DNA of 61,042 nt from an uncultured Lichenihabitans sp. (GTDB taxonomy: Bacteria; Pseudomonadota; Alphaproteobacteria; Rhizobiales; Beijerinckiaceae): positions 2,655 through 63,696 of the forward strand of contig CAXTEP010000002.1 in NCBI GenBank assembly GCA_964243125.1, read 5' to 3'. How positions within the stretch are numbered: the stretch's first letter is position 1; each line of letters begins with the position of its first letter. Below are positions 49,201 through 57,685 of this stretch, piece by piece. Below the pieces are notes generated by a model. That model was given only the letters and a program-made list of their open reading frames with translations, made no database searches and was not told where the DNA came from. A program made the translations under genes and the position numbers.

Positions 49201-50036
49201 TGGGCGGCCTCGCGGGGAGCGGCGAGCTCCAGATCGACGACGCCCGCCTGCCGGGGTTCGACCCCGACGCGATCGGCCGCGTGGTCAAGACCACCGACGC
49301 GGCGACCGACGCCACCGCGGATGCGGACGAGATGACGCAGGCGGTGGAGCGGGAACTCGGGCGCGGCGCCCTGGCGCTCGGCACCCTGAAAGCGCCCCTC
49401 ACCGTGGCGACCGGCGTTCTGCGGGCCGACCCCGTGAAGGTCGACGGGCCCGGCGCGACCACGGAGGTGACCGGCTCGCTCGATCTGCGCACGCTCGCGC
49501 TGTCGCTGCGCGCCACCGCCATGGCAGCATCGCTTCCCCCGGACTGGTCGGGCGCCGCCCCGCAAATCACCGCGACCTGGAAAGGTCCCTTCGCGTCCCC
49601 GACCCGCGCCGTGGACGCGACCGCCCTGGTGAACGGGCTCGCGGCGCGCGCAATCGCGCGCGACCAGGCGCGGATCGAGGCGTTCCAGGACGACATCCGC
49701 GAGCGCGCCTTCTTTGCCCGCCGCCTGAAGGCCATCGAGGCCGAGCAGCAGGAACAGGCGAGGGCGAGCGCCGATGCCGAACGGCAGAACCTGCTGCAAA
49801 GCATCCGTCCTGCGGGTCGCCCGGCCAATGCGCCGCCGGCGGGGCAGGCTCCCGACGCGAAGGCAGGGCCTGCCGGCGGCCGGGCCGGCGATGCGATCTC
49901 GCGACTGCTCGACGGCGGGAAGCCCGGCCCCGCGAGCGCCCCGCCTCCCTCGCCCAGGCCGAAACCGCGCTCCGGCAACCCCGGGGCGCCGCTCGACCTC
50001 CAGCCGTCCCGGCCCGCCGAAGCCGCCGCGCCCTGA
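46221..50036 (+). CDS. AsmA family protein
   Basis: N-terminal TM followed by ALVGPYFIDWN, LKLLPRP; long beta-rich body; 1271 aa. Confidence 0.82.
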   Translation: MRESLTVLAILLIVVLTTALVGPYFIDWNAHRGEVEARLSDLLGARVAVAGPIDLKLLPRPILRMQQVRFQGDKPGDGRLSADRLDVELTLTAVLRGDIEFADAEITRPHLALTVAPDRSVILPSFGATHPSRVSIVRLTVHDGTLALNAADGTAITALTGLEGEGDADTLAGPFKFAGHVDTPRGSLDFRVATGTYEGGRMRLKSTFDPMPGFPKTDVEGILTRAGTAADSSAVTFDGTVAANGQLPFPDGSAAVPWQASTRLHAEAGQVAFNDVSLRAGADGRAVILDGDGVLPLTGAVAARFTLRARELDALRLAVPTDRDDAVGDADATGIPRKGTLADLAGPVGALARNPDAFAALPVPVTVDLGVGTVLLGPETLTGAGGVLTFAAGRPVTGTLAVDAPEGTHLGLDGSFEPGSAAVFKGRVRVATRNVAHWADAVAADLPDAAAWVRSVPASRIDFTATADLSSVGFAAHDVDLALDRSRFAGTLTLTRAVGAERPRFFADLTSEALDLDALPAWRGAAATLSGLDLALTLSARAVRLARTDLGTVEAGHITLQLSKAGPVVTLDRLSLADLGGATAELAGRSDGRMAHAAGRFDVRKLADLAALIDRIAPGPVTDALAARADVLSPALLQVAADAVVEADGTMRPTAVTVDGTAAGTRVSLRLQPERSLVQPGGGPVPLRAGQDPFAVALTLDAAESGALLRQLGLVTPPATAIGHGRVAASARLNAAGALDGIAAEAQLGDTALSFKGRGGPGPAGFGRLGIRGPNLAPVLRALSIASPAPGAAWPVEAEADLTWRDGRLVATGLAGRLIGTAFSGSLAYAAGGVTAGPGGIAVPQTPAALTGTLKVDQLSLPVLVGLALGPVPQPKAGAVWPDAPFAQAFLTLPRTELALTVPALAWSPDAVLRNARMTLRLAPGLVTLADMAAGLGRDGSLDGTLAVRRDGAAASVAGHLAWTGLPLTSPSLNGRSQGRLDFAGTGGSVAALVGGLAGSGELQIDDARLPGFDPDAIGRVVKTTDAATDATADADEMTQAVERELGRGALALGTLKAPLTVATGVLRADPVKVDGPGATTEVTGSLDLRTLALSLRATAMAASLPPDWSGAAPQITATWKGPFASPTRAVDATALVNGLAARAIARDQARIEAFQDDIRERAFFARRLKAIEAEQQEQARASADAERQNLLQSIRPAGRPANAPPAGQAPDAKAGPAGGRAGDAISRLLDGGKPGPASAPPPSPRPKPRSGNPGAPLDLQPSRPAEAAAP

Positions 50037-50152
50037 GCGCGGCCCCGCGGTGCCGGTCCGGATAGACGCCCCGGCTTCTCGCCCGCTTCGCATCGTGACA
50101 CCGGCCCGGCGTTGAACACCTCGCATCGGCTCGGCTGCTGTGTTGAAATGCC

Positions 50153-50395
50153 TTAATGACCCTGCCGGACGGCCGCGAGCACGTGGACCCGGACCGCCGA
50201 CGACAGATTGGCCCTGCCCCGCGCCCGGTCGATCTCCGCCACCAGGGCCGCGACCGCGATGCCGCGCCGGGCCGCGATGGCCTTGCATTCGGACCAGAAG
50301 GCGTCCTCGAGCGAGATGCTGGTCGGGTGGCCGGCGATCACCAGGGAATGCTTGCCCATCGCGGTGGCGGGCCGGGCGTCACCGGTCCGGGGCAT
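50153..50395 (-). CDS. Ribbon-helix-helix domain protein (RHH_4)
   Basis: KHSLVIAGHPTSISLEDAFW...NLSSAVRVHVL; start 50395 or 50359. Confidence 0.85.
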   Translation of the reverse strand: MPRTGDARPATAMGKHSLVIAGHPTSISLEDAFWSECKAIAARRGIAVAALVAEIDRARGRANLSSAVRVHVLAAVRQGH

Positions 50396-50573
50396 CGGGC
50401 CCGGGCAGGCGGTGGGCGTCGTGCTGGCGGCCCGCCCGGTCGCGTTCCGCCTCGATCAGGGTCCGCTCGGCCTTGCCGAGCCCGAAGGTCAGGCGGTTCT
50501 GCGCGGCCTCGTCGGCGCGGGCGGTCCGGGCCTTGGCCTTGCGGTGGCGGCGAAGGTTGACGACATCGCCCAC
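50379..50573 (-). CDS. DUF4169 family protein
   Basis: MGDVVNLRRHRKAKAR...AAQNRLTFG; usual partner of RHH_4. Confidence 0.82.
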   Translation of the reverse strand: MGDVVNLRRHRKAKARTARADEAAQNRLTFGLGKAERTLIEAERDRAGRQHDAHRLPGPDAPDR

Positions 50574-50579
50574 GGCTCG

Positions 50580-51185
50580 TCAGGGCTTCTTGCGGAACTT
50601 GTCGATGGACACGACCTTGGCGGCGCCGTCGGGCTTGGCGTCGCCCGTCTCGCCTTCGGCCGTGGCGGCGGGCTTCGGCCTGTCGGGCGCGGGCTTGATG
50701 CTGGGAAGGGCGACGAGGTCCCGCGACTCCGAACCGTTGTCCACGGCCGCAAGTATGCGTTTGACCTGTGGCGCCTTGGCAGGCTCGCCGGCCGCCGCGT
50801 CCCCGTCGGTCGAGGCCGGCTTGCCGGGATCGGGCACGTCGAACTTCAGGCCGAACTGCACCGAGGGGTCGACGAAGCTCGTGATGGCCGCGAACGGGAT
50901 CAGCAGGCGCTCGGGCTTGTTGCTGAACGACAGCCCGACCTCGAAGGCGTGCTCGGTCACGGCGAGCTCCCAGAACTGGTGCTGGAGGATCACCGTCATC
51001 TCGTCGGGATAGCGCTCCCGCATCAGGTTGGACAGGCGCAGGCCGGGCGCGTTGGTCTTGAAGGTGATGAAGAAGTGGTGCTCGCCCTGCAGCCCGTTCT
51101 TGGCCGCGTCGGTCAGCACGTTGCGCACGACCCCGCGCAAGGCGTCCTGCACCAGGAGGTCGTACCGGATGAGATCGGCTGCCAT
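50580..51185 (-). CDS. sspB: ClpXP specificity-enhancing adaptor SspB (alphaproteobacterial)
   Basis: IRYDLLVQDALRGVV, HHFFITF, YPDEMTVILQHQFW, FVDPSVQFGLKF, C-terminal VVSIDKFRKK. Confidence 0.9.
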   Translation of the reverse strand: MAADLIRYDLLVQDALRGVVRNVLTDAAKNGLQGEHHFFITFKTNAPGLRLSNLMRERYPDEMTVILQHQFWELAVTEHAFEVGLSFSNKPERLLIPFAAITSFVDPSVQFGLKFDVPDPGKPASTDGDAAAGEPAKAPQVKRILAAVDNGSESRDLVALPSIKPAPDRPKPAATAEGETGDAKPDGAAKVVSIDKFRKKP

Positions 51186-51213
51186 CAGAAACGACCCGGG
51201 GCTGGTGGTTTTA

Positions 51214-51530
51214 AGTGGAGGCTTCTGTTGCCAGGTGCCTCCGAACCCCGCCTAGAAGTGCTACCCCCTAGGGCTTGTTTCCCGATACCATCGCTGCCTT
51301 ACGCAGCGAGGGCCACCGGAGCATAGTTGTCGTTGGCAACTATAGGTTTAGCCCGATAACGGCGGTACCATGCCGAGCAAAAGCACACCCTTTACACCCT
51401 CGTCGATCCTGTTTCGCCCCCACCCGAGCCCGCCGCGACGGGTGGGCTCGGGTGGAGGCGCCGGGTACTGCCCCCGGGTCCGAATGGTTTATTCCGGTGC
51501 CTGTTTATCGCCATAGCGGTCTCGCGACTG
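51214..51530 (-). ncRNA. ssrA: Two-piece (circularly permuted) tmRNA; tag ANDNYAPVALAA at 51337-51299
   Basis: Acceptor piece ends ...CGCCTCCA(CC) at 51453, intervening segment, coding piece starts GGGGGCGAAACAGGATCGAC at 51421 (G3.U70 pair), resume codon GCC then tag and TAA; outer ends approximate. Confidence 0.93.
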
Positions 51531-51669
51531 CGATTACGGATATAAGCCATGAGGGGCCGCGAAGGAAGGGCACGCGAACCGCAAGCCGCGATTGAAAAGC
51601 GGTGGGTAGCGGATGCCACGGCGCAGGCCGCCTTTGGCGAGCCAGGTCCCGGCATGGTAGGTCAGGGGA

Positions 51670-52581
51670 ATGGACGCCCTACCCGACGCCAGCGCCGGTT
51701 CCGAACTGGCCTACCTCGACCTCCTGCGCCACGTCGTCGACCACGGCGACGCCAGGATGGACCGGACCGGCGTTGGCACACGGTCGGTGTTCGGCACCCT
51801 GCTGCGCTTCGACGTGAGCCGGTCCGCCCCCATCCTCACCACCAAGCGGGTATATTGGAAGACCGCGGTCAAGGAGATGCTCTGGTTCCTGACCGGCGAA
51901 ACCAACATCCGCGGGCTGCTGCTCCGGGACGTCCGCATCTGGACCGACTGGCCGCTGGCCCGCTACCGCCGCGAAACCGGGGACGCGATCGACCAGGCGG
52001 CATTCGAGGCCCGCATCCTGGCCGACGAGGCCTTCGCCAAAGCATGGGGCGACCTCGGCCCCGTTTACGGCAAGCAATGGCGGCGCTGGCTGGGACCGGA
52101 CGGCCGCGAGCACGACCAGATCGGCACCCTGGTCCACACGCTGAAAACCGACCCGGCCAGCCGGCGCATGCTGTTCCACGCCTGGAACGTGGCCGACCTC
52201 GGGGCCATGACCCTGCCGCCCTGCCACCTGCTCTACCAGTTCCACGTGTCGCGCGGCCGGCTGTCGCTGATGATGACCCAGCGCAGCGTCGACCTCGTGC
52301 TCGGCTGCCCGTTCAACTGGGTGGGCGCCGTGGCGTTGCAGGCCATGCTGGCGCAGCAGTGCGACCTGGAAATGGGCGAGTTCGTCTGGGTGGGCGGCGA
52401 CGTCCACGTCTACGAGAACCAGCTGGACGCGGCGCGGCTGCAGCTGTCGCGGCCGCCGCGGCCCTTTCCCCGGCTGCGGCTGATTGGCCGGCCCGACACC
52501 ATCGACCGCTACGGGATCGAGAACTTCGCCGTGGAGGGCTACGACCCGCACCCCGCGATCGCGGTCGAGGTGGCGGTGTGA
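51670..52581 (+). CDS. thyA: Thymidylate synthase
   Basis: DRTGVGT, PILTTKRV, EMLWFL.G, DLGPVYGKQWR, LPPCH, QRSVD, PFN, HVY. Confidence 0.95.
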   Translation: MDALPDASAGSELAYLDLLRHVVDHGDARMDRTGVGTRSVFGTLLRFDVSRSAPILTTKRVYWKTAVKEMLWFLTGETNIRGLLLRDVRIWTDWPLARYRRETGDAIDQAAFEARILADEAFAKAWGDLGPVYGKQWRRWLGPDGREHDQIGTLVHTLKTDPASRRMLFHAWNVADLGAMTLPPCHLLYQFHVSRGRLSLMMTQRSVDLVLGCPFNWVGAVALQAMLAQQCDLEMGEFVWVGGDVHVYENQLDAARLQLSRPPRPFPRLRLIGRPDTIDRYGIENFAVEGYDPHPAIAVEVAV

Positions 52582-53087
52582 ACGGGATGGCCGCCGTGAC
52601 GATCCGCCCCGCGGTTCCGGCCGACGCCGACCTCGTCTTCGCCCTGGTGAGCGAACTCGCGGCTTTCGAGCGCCTGTCGCACGAGGTGGTGTCCTCGCCC
52701 GCGCGCCTCGCCGACGCGCTGTTCGCCCCGCACCCGCGCGTGTTCTGCGACATCGCCGAATGGGACGCCGAGGCCGCGGGATTCGCGCTCTGGTTCTACG
52801 ACTTCTCGACCTTCGAGGGCCGGCACGGCATCTACCTGGAGGACCTGTTCGTCCGCCCGGCCTTCCGGGGGCGGGCGGTCGGCAAGCGCCTGCTGCAGGG
52901 ACTCGCGGCGCGGTGCCTGGCCGAGAACCTGCCCCGGCTGAGCTGGGCGGTGCTCGACTGGAACACGGACGCGATCGGATTCTACCGCGCACACGGCGCC
53001 GACCTCAGGACCGAGTGGACCACCTGCCGCGTGAGCGGGGCCGCGCTGCGGACCCTGGGTGCATCCGTGCCCGAAGGGACCGCGTGA
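52578..53087 (+). CDS. GNAT family N-acetyltransferase (diamine acetyltransferase-like)
   Basis: FSTFEGRHGIYLEDLFVRPAFRG, WAVLDWN..AIGFY; GTGA overlaps with both thyA and folA (start 52578 or 52587). Confidence 0.85.
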   Translation: MNGMAAVTIRPAVPADADLVFALVSELAAFERLSHEVVSSPARLADALFAPHPRVFCDIAEWDAEAAGFALWFYDFSTFEGRHGIYLEDLFVRPAFRGRAVGKRLLQGLAARCLAENLPRLSWAVLDWNTDAIGFYRAHGADLRTEWTTCRVSGAALRTLGASVPEGTA

Positions 53088-53602
53088 CCTTTCTTCCCGT
53101 CGTCCTGATCGCGGCCATGGGCCGCAACCGGGTGATCGGCATCCGCAACGCCCTGCCCTGGCGGCTGGGGAGCGATCTCAGGCATTTCCGCGCCGCCACC
53201 CTCGGCCAGCCGCTGCTCATGGGCCGCAAGACCTACCAGTCGATCGGGCGTCCCCTGCCCGGCCGCTTTCCCGTGGTGCTTTCGGCCGACCCGCTGTTCC
53301 GGCCCGAGGGCGTCGCGGTGGCGCGGACGCTTGACGATGCGCTCGACGAAGCGGACCGGATCGGCCGCGACGCGGGCGCCACGGCCGTCATGGTGGCGGG
53401 CGGCGGCGCCGTGTTCGAGGCCACGATGGCGCGGGCGCGGCGGCTCTGCCTCACCGAGGTGGATCTCGCGCCCGACGGCGACGTGCTGTTTCCACCCGTC
53501 GACCCCGCCCTGTGGGTGGAAACGAGCCGATCCGCGCACCCGGCCGCCCAGGGCGATGACGCTCCCTTCTCGGTCGTGACCTACGACCGGCGGAGACCCT
53601 GA
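53084..53602 (+). CDS. folA: Dihydrofolate reductase
   Basis: NRVIG..NALPW, DLRHFR, MGRKTYQSIGRPLPGR, GGG, GDVLFP. Confidence 0.93.
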   Translation: MTFLPVVLIAAMGRNRVIGIRNALPWRLGSDLRHFRAATLGQPLLMGRKTYQSIGRPLPGRFPVVLSADPLFRPEGVAVARTLDDALDEADRIGRDAGATAVMVAGGGAVFEATMARARRLCLTEVDLAPDGDVLFPPVDPALWVETSRSAHPAAQGDDAPFSVVTYDRRRP

Positions 53603-53776
53603 GTCGCGCTCCTGCCGGCCAGCGTTGCATTTGACCGCGCAGCGCCCACCTACGATGAATCGTCGCGAACAGCGTCGTCGCGTCGTTCTCATTAGCCGGC
53701 TTGCCATTTCAAGCCGGAGCCCGATCCGCTACAGCCCGTGCGAACCGGCCGTCCGCGTCGTTGCAAGAGGAACCGA

Positions 53777-54892
53777 ATGCCCTGGACCAATCAAAGCGGG
53801 AACGGCGGCGGTGGCCCACGGAAGCCGGGACCCTCGGGTCCCTGGGGCCAGGGTCCGGGCAACAATCCGTCCCCGGACCTGGAGGAATTCCTGCGGCGCA
53901 GTCAGGCGCGCATGCGGCGCATGGTGCCGGGCGGCGATTTCGGGCTTCTCGGTGCCCTGGCGATCGCGGCCCTGGTGGTGGTGATCTGGCTGGCGAGCGG
54001 CTTCTACACGATCGGGCCCAACGAGGTCGGCATCAACCAGGTGTTCGGCCGCTACACCGGCAAGACCGCGCCGGGCCTGAGCTACAACTGGCCCTACCCC
54101 ATCGGCGGCGTCCAGAAGCTGCAGGTGACCGACCGCAATTCCATCGACATCGGCTCGGTGGCGCGCGATGACACCCGCCGCCCCGGCGCGCCCGCGGGCC
54201 TCGACGTTCCCGAGGAAAGTCTGATGCTGACCGGCGACGAGGACATCGCAGACGTGAAGTTCCGCGTCATCTGGCAGATCGACCCCGAGCATCCCGAATA
54301 TTACGCGTTCAACCTGCGCAACCCGGAGGACACCGTGAAGGCCGTGGCCGAGAGCGCCATGCGCGAGGTGATCGGGCAGCTGAAGCTGCAGGGCATCCTG
54401 ACCTCGGACCGCAGCACCATCGAGCAGCGTGTCCAGGACCTCACGCAGGCGGTGCTGCGCTCCTACGGGGCGGGCGTGCTGATCCTGCAAACGCAGCTCC
54501 TGTCGGTCGGGCCGCCCGCCCAGGTAATCGCGGCCTACCGGGACGTGACCGCGGCCCAGCAGGACCTGCAGCGCCAGCGCAACGACGCCGATGCCTATGC
54601 GAACCGCGTCGTGCCCGAGGCCCGGGGCGCCGCGGCCGCCATCACCCAGGACGCCGAAGCCTATCGCGAGCAGACCGTGCAGGAGGCCAAGGGCCAGACC
54701 GCGCGCTTCAACCAAATCTACGAGCAGTACAAGAACGCTCCCGCGGTCACGCGCGAGCGCCTCTACATCGAGACCATGGAGAAGGTGCTGAGCGGCACCG
54801 GCAAGGTGATCCTCGACAGCAAGCAGGGCGTGGTGCCCTACCTGCCCCTGGGTGGCGTCCCGACCGCCGCCGCCAAGGAGACGACCCCATGA
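53777..54892 (+). CDS. hflK: FtsH protease modulator HflK
   Basis: MPWTNQSG, GPWG, PDLEE, MLTGDEDI, AESAMREVIG, VTRERLYIETME. Confidence 0.95.
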   Translation: MPWTNQSGNGGGGPRKPGPSGPWGQGPGNNPSPDLEEFLRRSQARMRRMVPGGDFGLLGALAIAALVVVIWLASGFYTIGPNEVGINQVFGRYTGKTAPGLSYNWPYPIGGVQKLQVTDRNSIDIGSVARDDTRRPGAPAGLDVPEESLMLTGDEDIADVKFRVIWQIDPEHPEYYAFNLRNPEDTVKAVAESAMREVIGQLKLQGILTSDRSTIEQRVQDLTQAVLRSYGAGVLILQTQLLSVGPPAQVIAAYRDVTAAQQDLQRQRNDADAYANRVVPEARGAAAAITQDAEAYREQTVQEAKGQTARFNQIYEQYKNAPAVTRERLYIETMEKVLSGTGKVILDSKQGVVPYLPLGGVPTAAAKETTP

Positions 54893-55857
54893 GGACCGGC
54901 CTTCTCACCGCGCTCGGAGCCCTGCTCCTGGTCCTCATCGTCGCCGGCGGCTCACTGTTCGAAGTGGACCAGACCGAGCAGGCCCTGGTGCTGCGCTTCG
55001 GCGAGCCGCAAACGCCCGTCACGGAGCCGGGCCTGCACGTCAAGCAGCCCTTCGTCGAAACGGTGGTGTATCTCGACAACCGCATCATCGACCTCGAGGG
55101 CGCTCAGGAGGAGGTGCTGGCCTCCGACTCGCAGCGCATCCTGGTCGACACGTTCGTTCGCTATCACATTGCCGACCCGCTGAAGTTCTACCAGACGGTC
55201 GGCACGGTGCAGCGGGCCAACAACCAGCTCGGCTCAGTGCTGAACTCGGCCGTGCGGCGGGTGCTGGGCGAGTCCACCTTCCCGCAAATCATCGGCGAAC
55301 CCAACGCTTCGAAGGGCGGCAAGGACGACCGGGGCGCCCTGATGGTCAAGATCCGGGACCAGGTCAACGCGGAAGCCGCGAACCTGGGTGCCGCCGTCAA
55401 CGACGTGCGGATCAGGCGCGTGGACCTGCCCAAGGAGATTTCCGAGCGGGTGTTCAGCCGCATGCAGTCGGAGCGCGCCCGGGAAGCCGCCGAATATCGC
55501 GCGCAAGGGTCCGAACAGGCCCAGACCATCAAGGCCAAGGCGGATCGCGACGTGGTGGTGATCAAGGCCGACGCGCAGCTCATCGCCGATACTGCACGGG
55601 GCACGGGCGATGCCGAGCGCAACAGGATCTTCGCCCAGTCCTACGGCAAGGATCCGGACTTCTTCGCCTTCTACCGCTCCATGCAGGCCTACGCGGGCGC
55701 GCTCAAGACGGGCGACACGCAGCTCGTCCTGTCGCCGACCTCGGAGTTCTTCCGGTTCTTCGGCAATCCGAACGGCACATCGACGCCACCGCAGCCAAGT
55801 GTCGCGGCCGCGTTACCCGCGCCCGCGGCTCCCACGGTCGTACCTCCCGCACCCTGA
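54889..55857 (+). CDS. hflC: FtsH protease modulator HflC
   Basis: QALVLRFGE, RMQSERAREA, DPDFFAFYRSMQAY, SEFFRFF; ATGA overlap with hflK. Confidence 0.95.
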   Translation: MRTGLLTALGALLLVLIVAGGSLFEVDQTEQALVLRFGEPQTPVTEPGLHVKQPFVETVVYLDNRIIDLEGAQEEVLASDSQRILVDTFVRYHIADPLKFYQTVGTVQRANNQLGSVLNSAVRRVLGESTFPQIIGEPNASKGGKDDRGALMVKIRDQVNAEAANLGAAVNDVRIRRVDLPKEISERVFSRMQSERAREAAEYRAQGSEQAQTIKAKADRDVVVIKADAQLIADTARGTGDAERNRIFAQSYGKDPDFFAFYRSMQAYAGALKTGDTQLVLSPTSEFFRFFGNPNGTSTPPQPSVAAALPAPAAPTVVPPAP

Positions 55858-55888
55858 GCGGCGCAGCGTACGGAAGGCGCCGCGCCCG

Positions 55889-56668
55889 TCAGAGCCTGGC
55901 CTGGATGAAGCGGCGGTCCGTGCCCTCCAACACGACGGCGGTCAGGACGCCGCTCGCGAAGGCCTTGGTGTCGACGTTGATGCCGTTGCGGCGCACCTCG
56001 GGGGCGTCCACGGGTGTGTGGCCGTGGACGATCATCTTGCCGAAGTCGTAGTCGGAGTTGAGGAACTCGGCCCTGATCCACATCAGGTCCTGCTCGCTTT
56101 GCCAGTCGAGCGCCACACCGGGCCGCGCGCCGGCGTGGCAGAAGAAGTAGTCCCCGACCTCGTAACTGGTCGGCGCCGCGTCCAGGAACGCGCGGTGCCG
56201 CAGCGGGACGGCGGCGCGCATGACCTCGTCGAGCTGCCGCGGGCGCAGACGCCGGATCGCGTGAGGGTCGAGCCCGTAGGACCGCAGCGTGGCGTCGCCG
56301 CCGTTGGTGCAGAAGCTGGTCACGTCGAGCACGCCGCGCAGCATCTTCTGGAACAGGTCCTCGTGGTTGCCCGCCAGCGTGACGGTCGGGGTGGGGAACG
56401 GGCCGGCCGCCAGTCGTTCGAGCACCTGCGCGGAGGCAGGGCCCCGGTCGATGTAATCGCCCAGGAACACCGTCAGGTTGCCGGCGACCGGCCTGGTGCC
56501 GAGGTCGGCCGCGATCAGAACCGCCATGGCGTCGAGCAGGTCGGCGCGGCCGTGGATGTCACCGACCGCGTAAACGCGCCGTCCGGCCGGGATGGCCGGG
56601 GATCGTGCGGGGCCCTTGGGGGCCGAAGTCACGCGAACCGATCGATCCATCGCCACCTTTCCCGTCAT
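55889..56668 (-). CDS. Serine/threonine protein phosphatase (PphA-like metallophosphoesterase)
   Basis: GDIHG, GDYIDRG, GNHE, HAG, HGHTP, INVDT. Confidence 0.88.
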   Translation of the reverse strand: MTGKVAMDRSVRVTSAPKGPARSPAIPAGRRVYAVGDIHGRADLLDAMAVLIAADLGTRPVAGNLTVFLGDYIDRGPASAQVLERLAAGPFPTPTVTLAGNHEDLFQKMLRGVLDVTSFCTNGGDATLRSYGLDPHAIRRLRPRQLDEVMRAAVPLRHRAFLDAAPTSYEVGDYFFCHAGARPGVALDWQSEQDLMWIRAEFLNSDYDFGKMIVHGHTPVDAPEVRRNGINVDTKAFASGVLTAVVLEGTDRRFIQARL

Positions 56669-56677
56669 CGGCGCGCT

Positions 56678-57610
56678 TCACGCCGGCCCCCGCCGATCGA
56701 TCGCCGCCGAACCTCGCAGAGCCCGGCGCCGCTCGAACCAGACCAGGGTCAGGCTTCCCGCGACGATCAGCCCCGCGCCCGCGTAAACGTTCAGCCCCGG
56801 CCGCTCGGCCCAGATCAGGTGGCCGAACACGAAGGCCCAGACGAGTCCGGTATACTCAACAGGTGCCAGAACTGAGGCGGGCGCGTAGCGGTAGCCCTCG
56901 AACAGGAAGAACTGGCCGAGCCCGCTCGCGACGCCCAGGCCGACCATCAGCCCGAGCGCGAAGCGGTCGGGCACGACCCATGTCCGCATGACGGCCAGCA
57001 TCACCCCGCAGGCCAGTGCGAAAACGCCGTTGCTGACCAGCATCTGGACGGCCGTGCTCTCGGTCCGGGTGATGAGCCGGGCCAGGACGACGCTGACCCC
57101 CCAGCAGCAGGCCGCGAACAGCGCCAGCCCGGCCGGCCCCAGGTCCACGGCGCGCGCGGGGTCGGCGGCCAGCACCACGCCGGCGAAACCGGCCAGCACC
57201 GCGGCCCAGCGCGGGGCGTCCACGGTCTCGCCCAGCCAGGCGGCCGACAGCACCACCGCGATCACGGGCGCCGCGAAGTAGAGCGTCGTCAATTCGGCCA
57301 GCGGCAGGCGCGGCGCGGCCGCGTAGTAGGACAGCCAGGCGACCAGGATCAGGGCGGCCCGCCCCAGCAGCGCCGGCGCGGCGCGGCTCCGCCGCAGGGC
57401 CGCGACCTGGCCCGGGCCCCCGATCCGCAGCGCGATGGTCAGGATCACGAGGCTGCGGACGAACAGGATCTCGGGAACCGGGTAGCGGGCCACGAGGTAT
57501 TTGACGATCGCGTCCTGGACCGAGAACAACCCGTACCCGAGCGCCCCTAGGCCGATGCCCTTTAGGACGCGCGACACGTCCGCGTCGGCGGCTTGCGTTT
57601 CGGCTGACAT
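56678..57610 (-). CDS. DMT/EamA family transporter
   Basis: About 10 TM segments, LGETV..PRW, APASVLAPVEYT. Confidence 0.85.
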   Translation of the reverse strand: MSAETQAADADVSRVLKGIGLGALGYGLFSVQDAIVKYLVARYPVPEILFVRSLVILTIALRIGGPGQVAALRRSRAAPALLGRAALILVAWLSYYAAAPRLPLAELTTLYFAAPVIAVVLSAAWLGETVDAPRWAAVLAGFAGVVLAADPARAVDLGPAGLALFAACCWGVSVVLARLITRTESTAVQMLVSNGVFALACGVMLAVMRTWVVPDRFALGLMVGLGVASGLGQFFLFEGYRYAPASVLAPVEYTGLVWAFVFGHLIWAERPGLNVYAGAGLIVAGSLTLVWFERRRALRGSAAIDRRGPA

Positions 57611-57685
57611 GGCGGCGAGGTCCCGGTTCGCGCCCGAGTCGCCCGGGCACGGGGCTCTTGTAGGCCGTGGCCGGCTCCTTGCCAG

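Noticed and set aside
51186-51669. Integrated element at ssrA
   Set aside because: No integrase, no duplicated ssrA 3' end, and the flanks are core genes (sspB, thyA)
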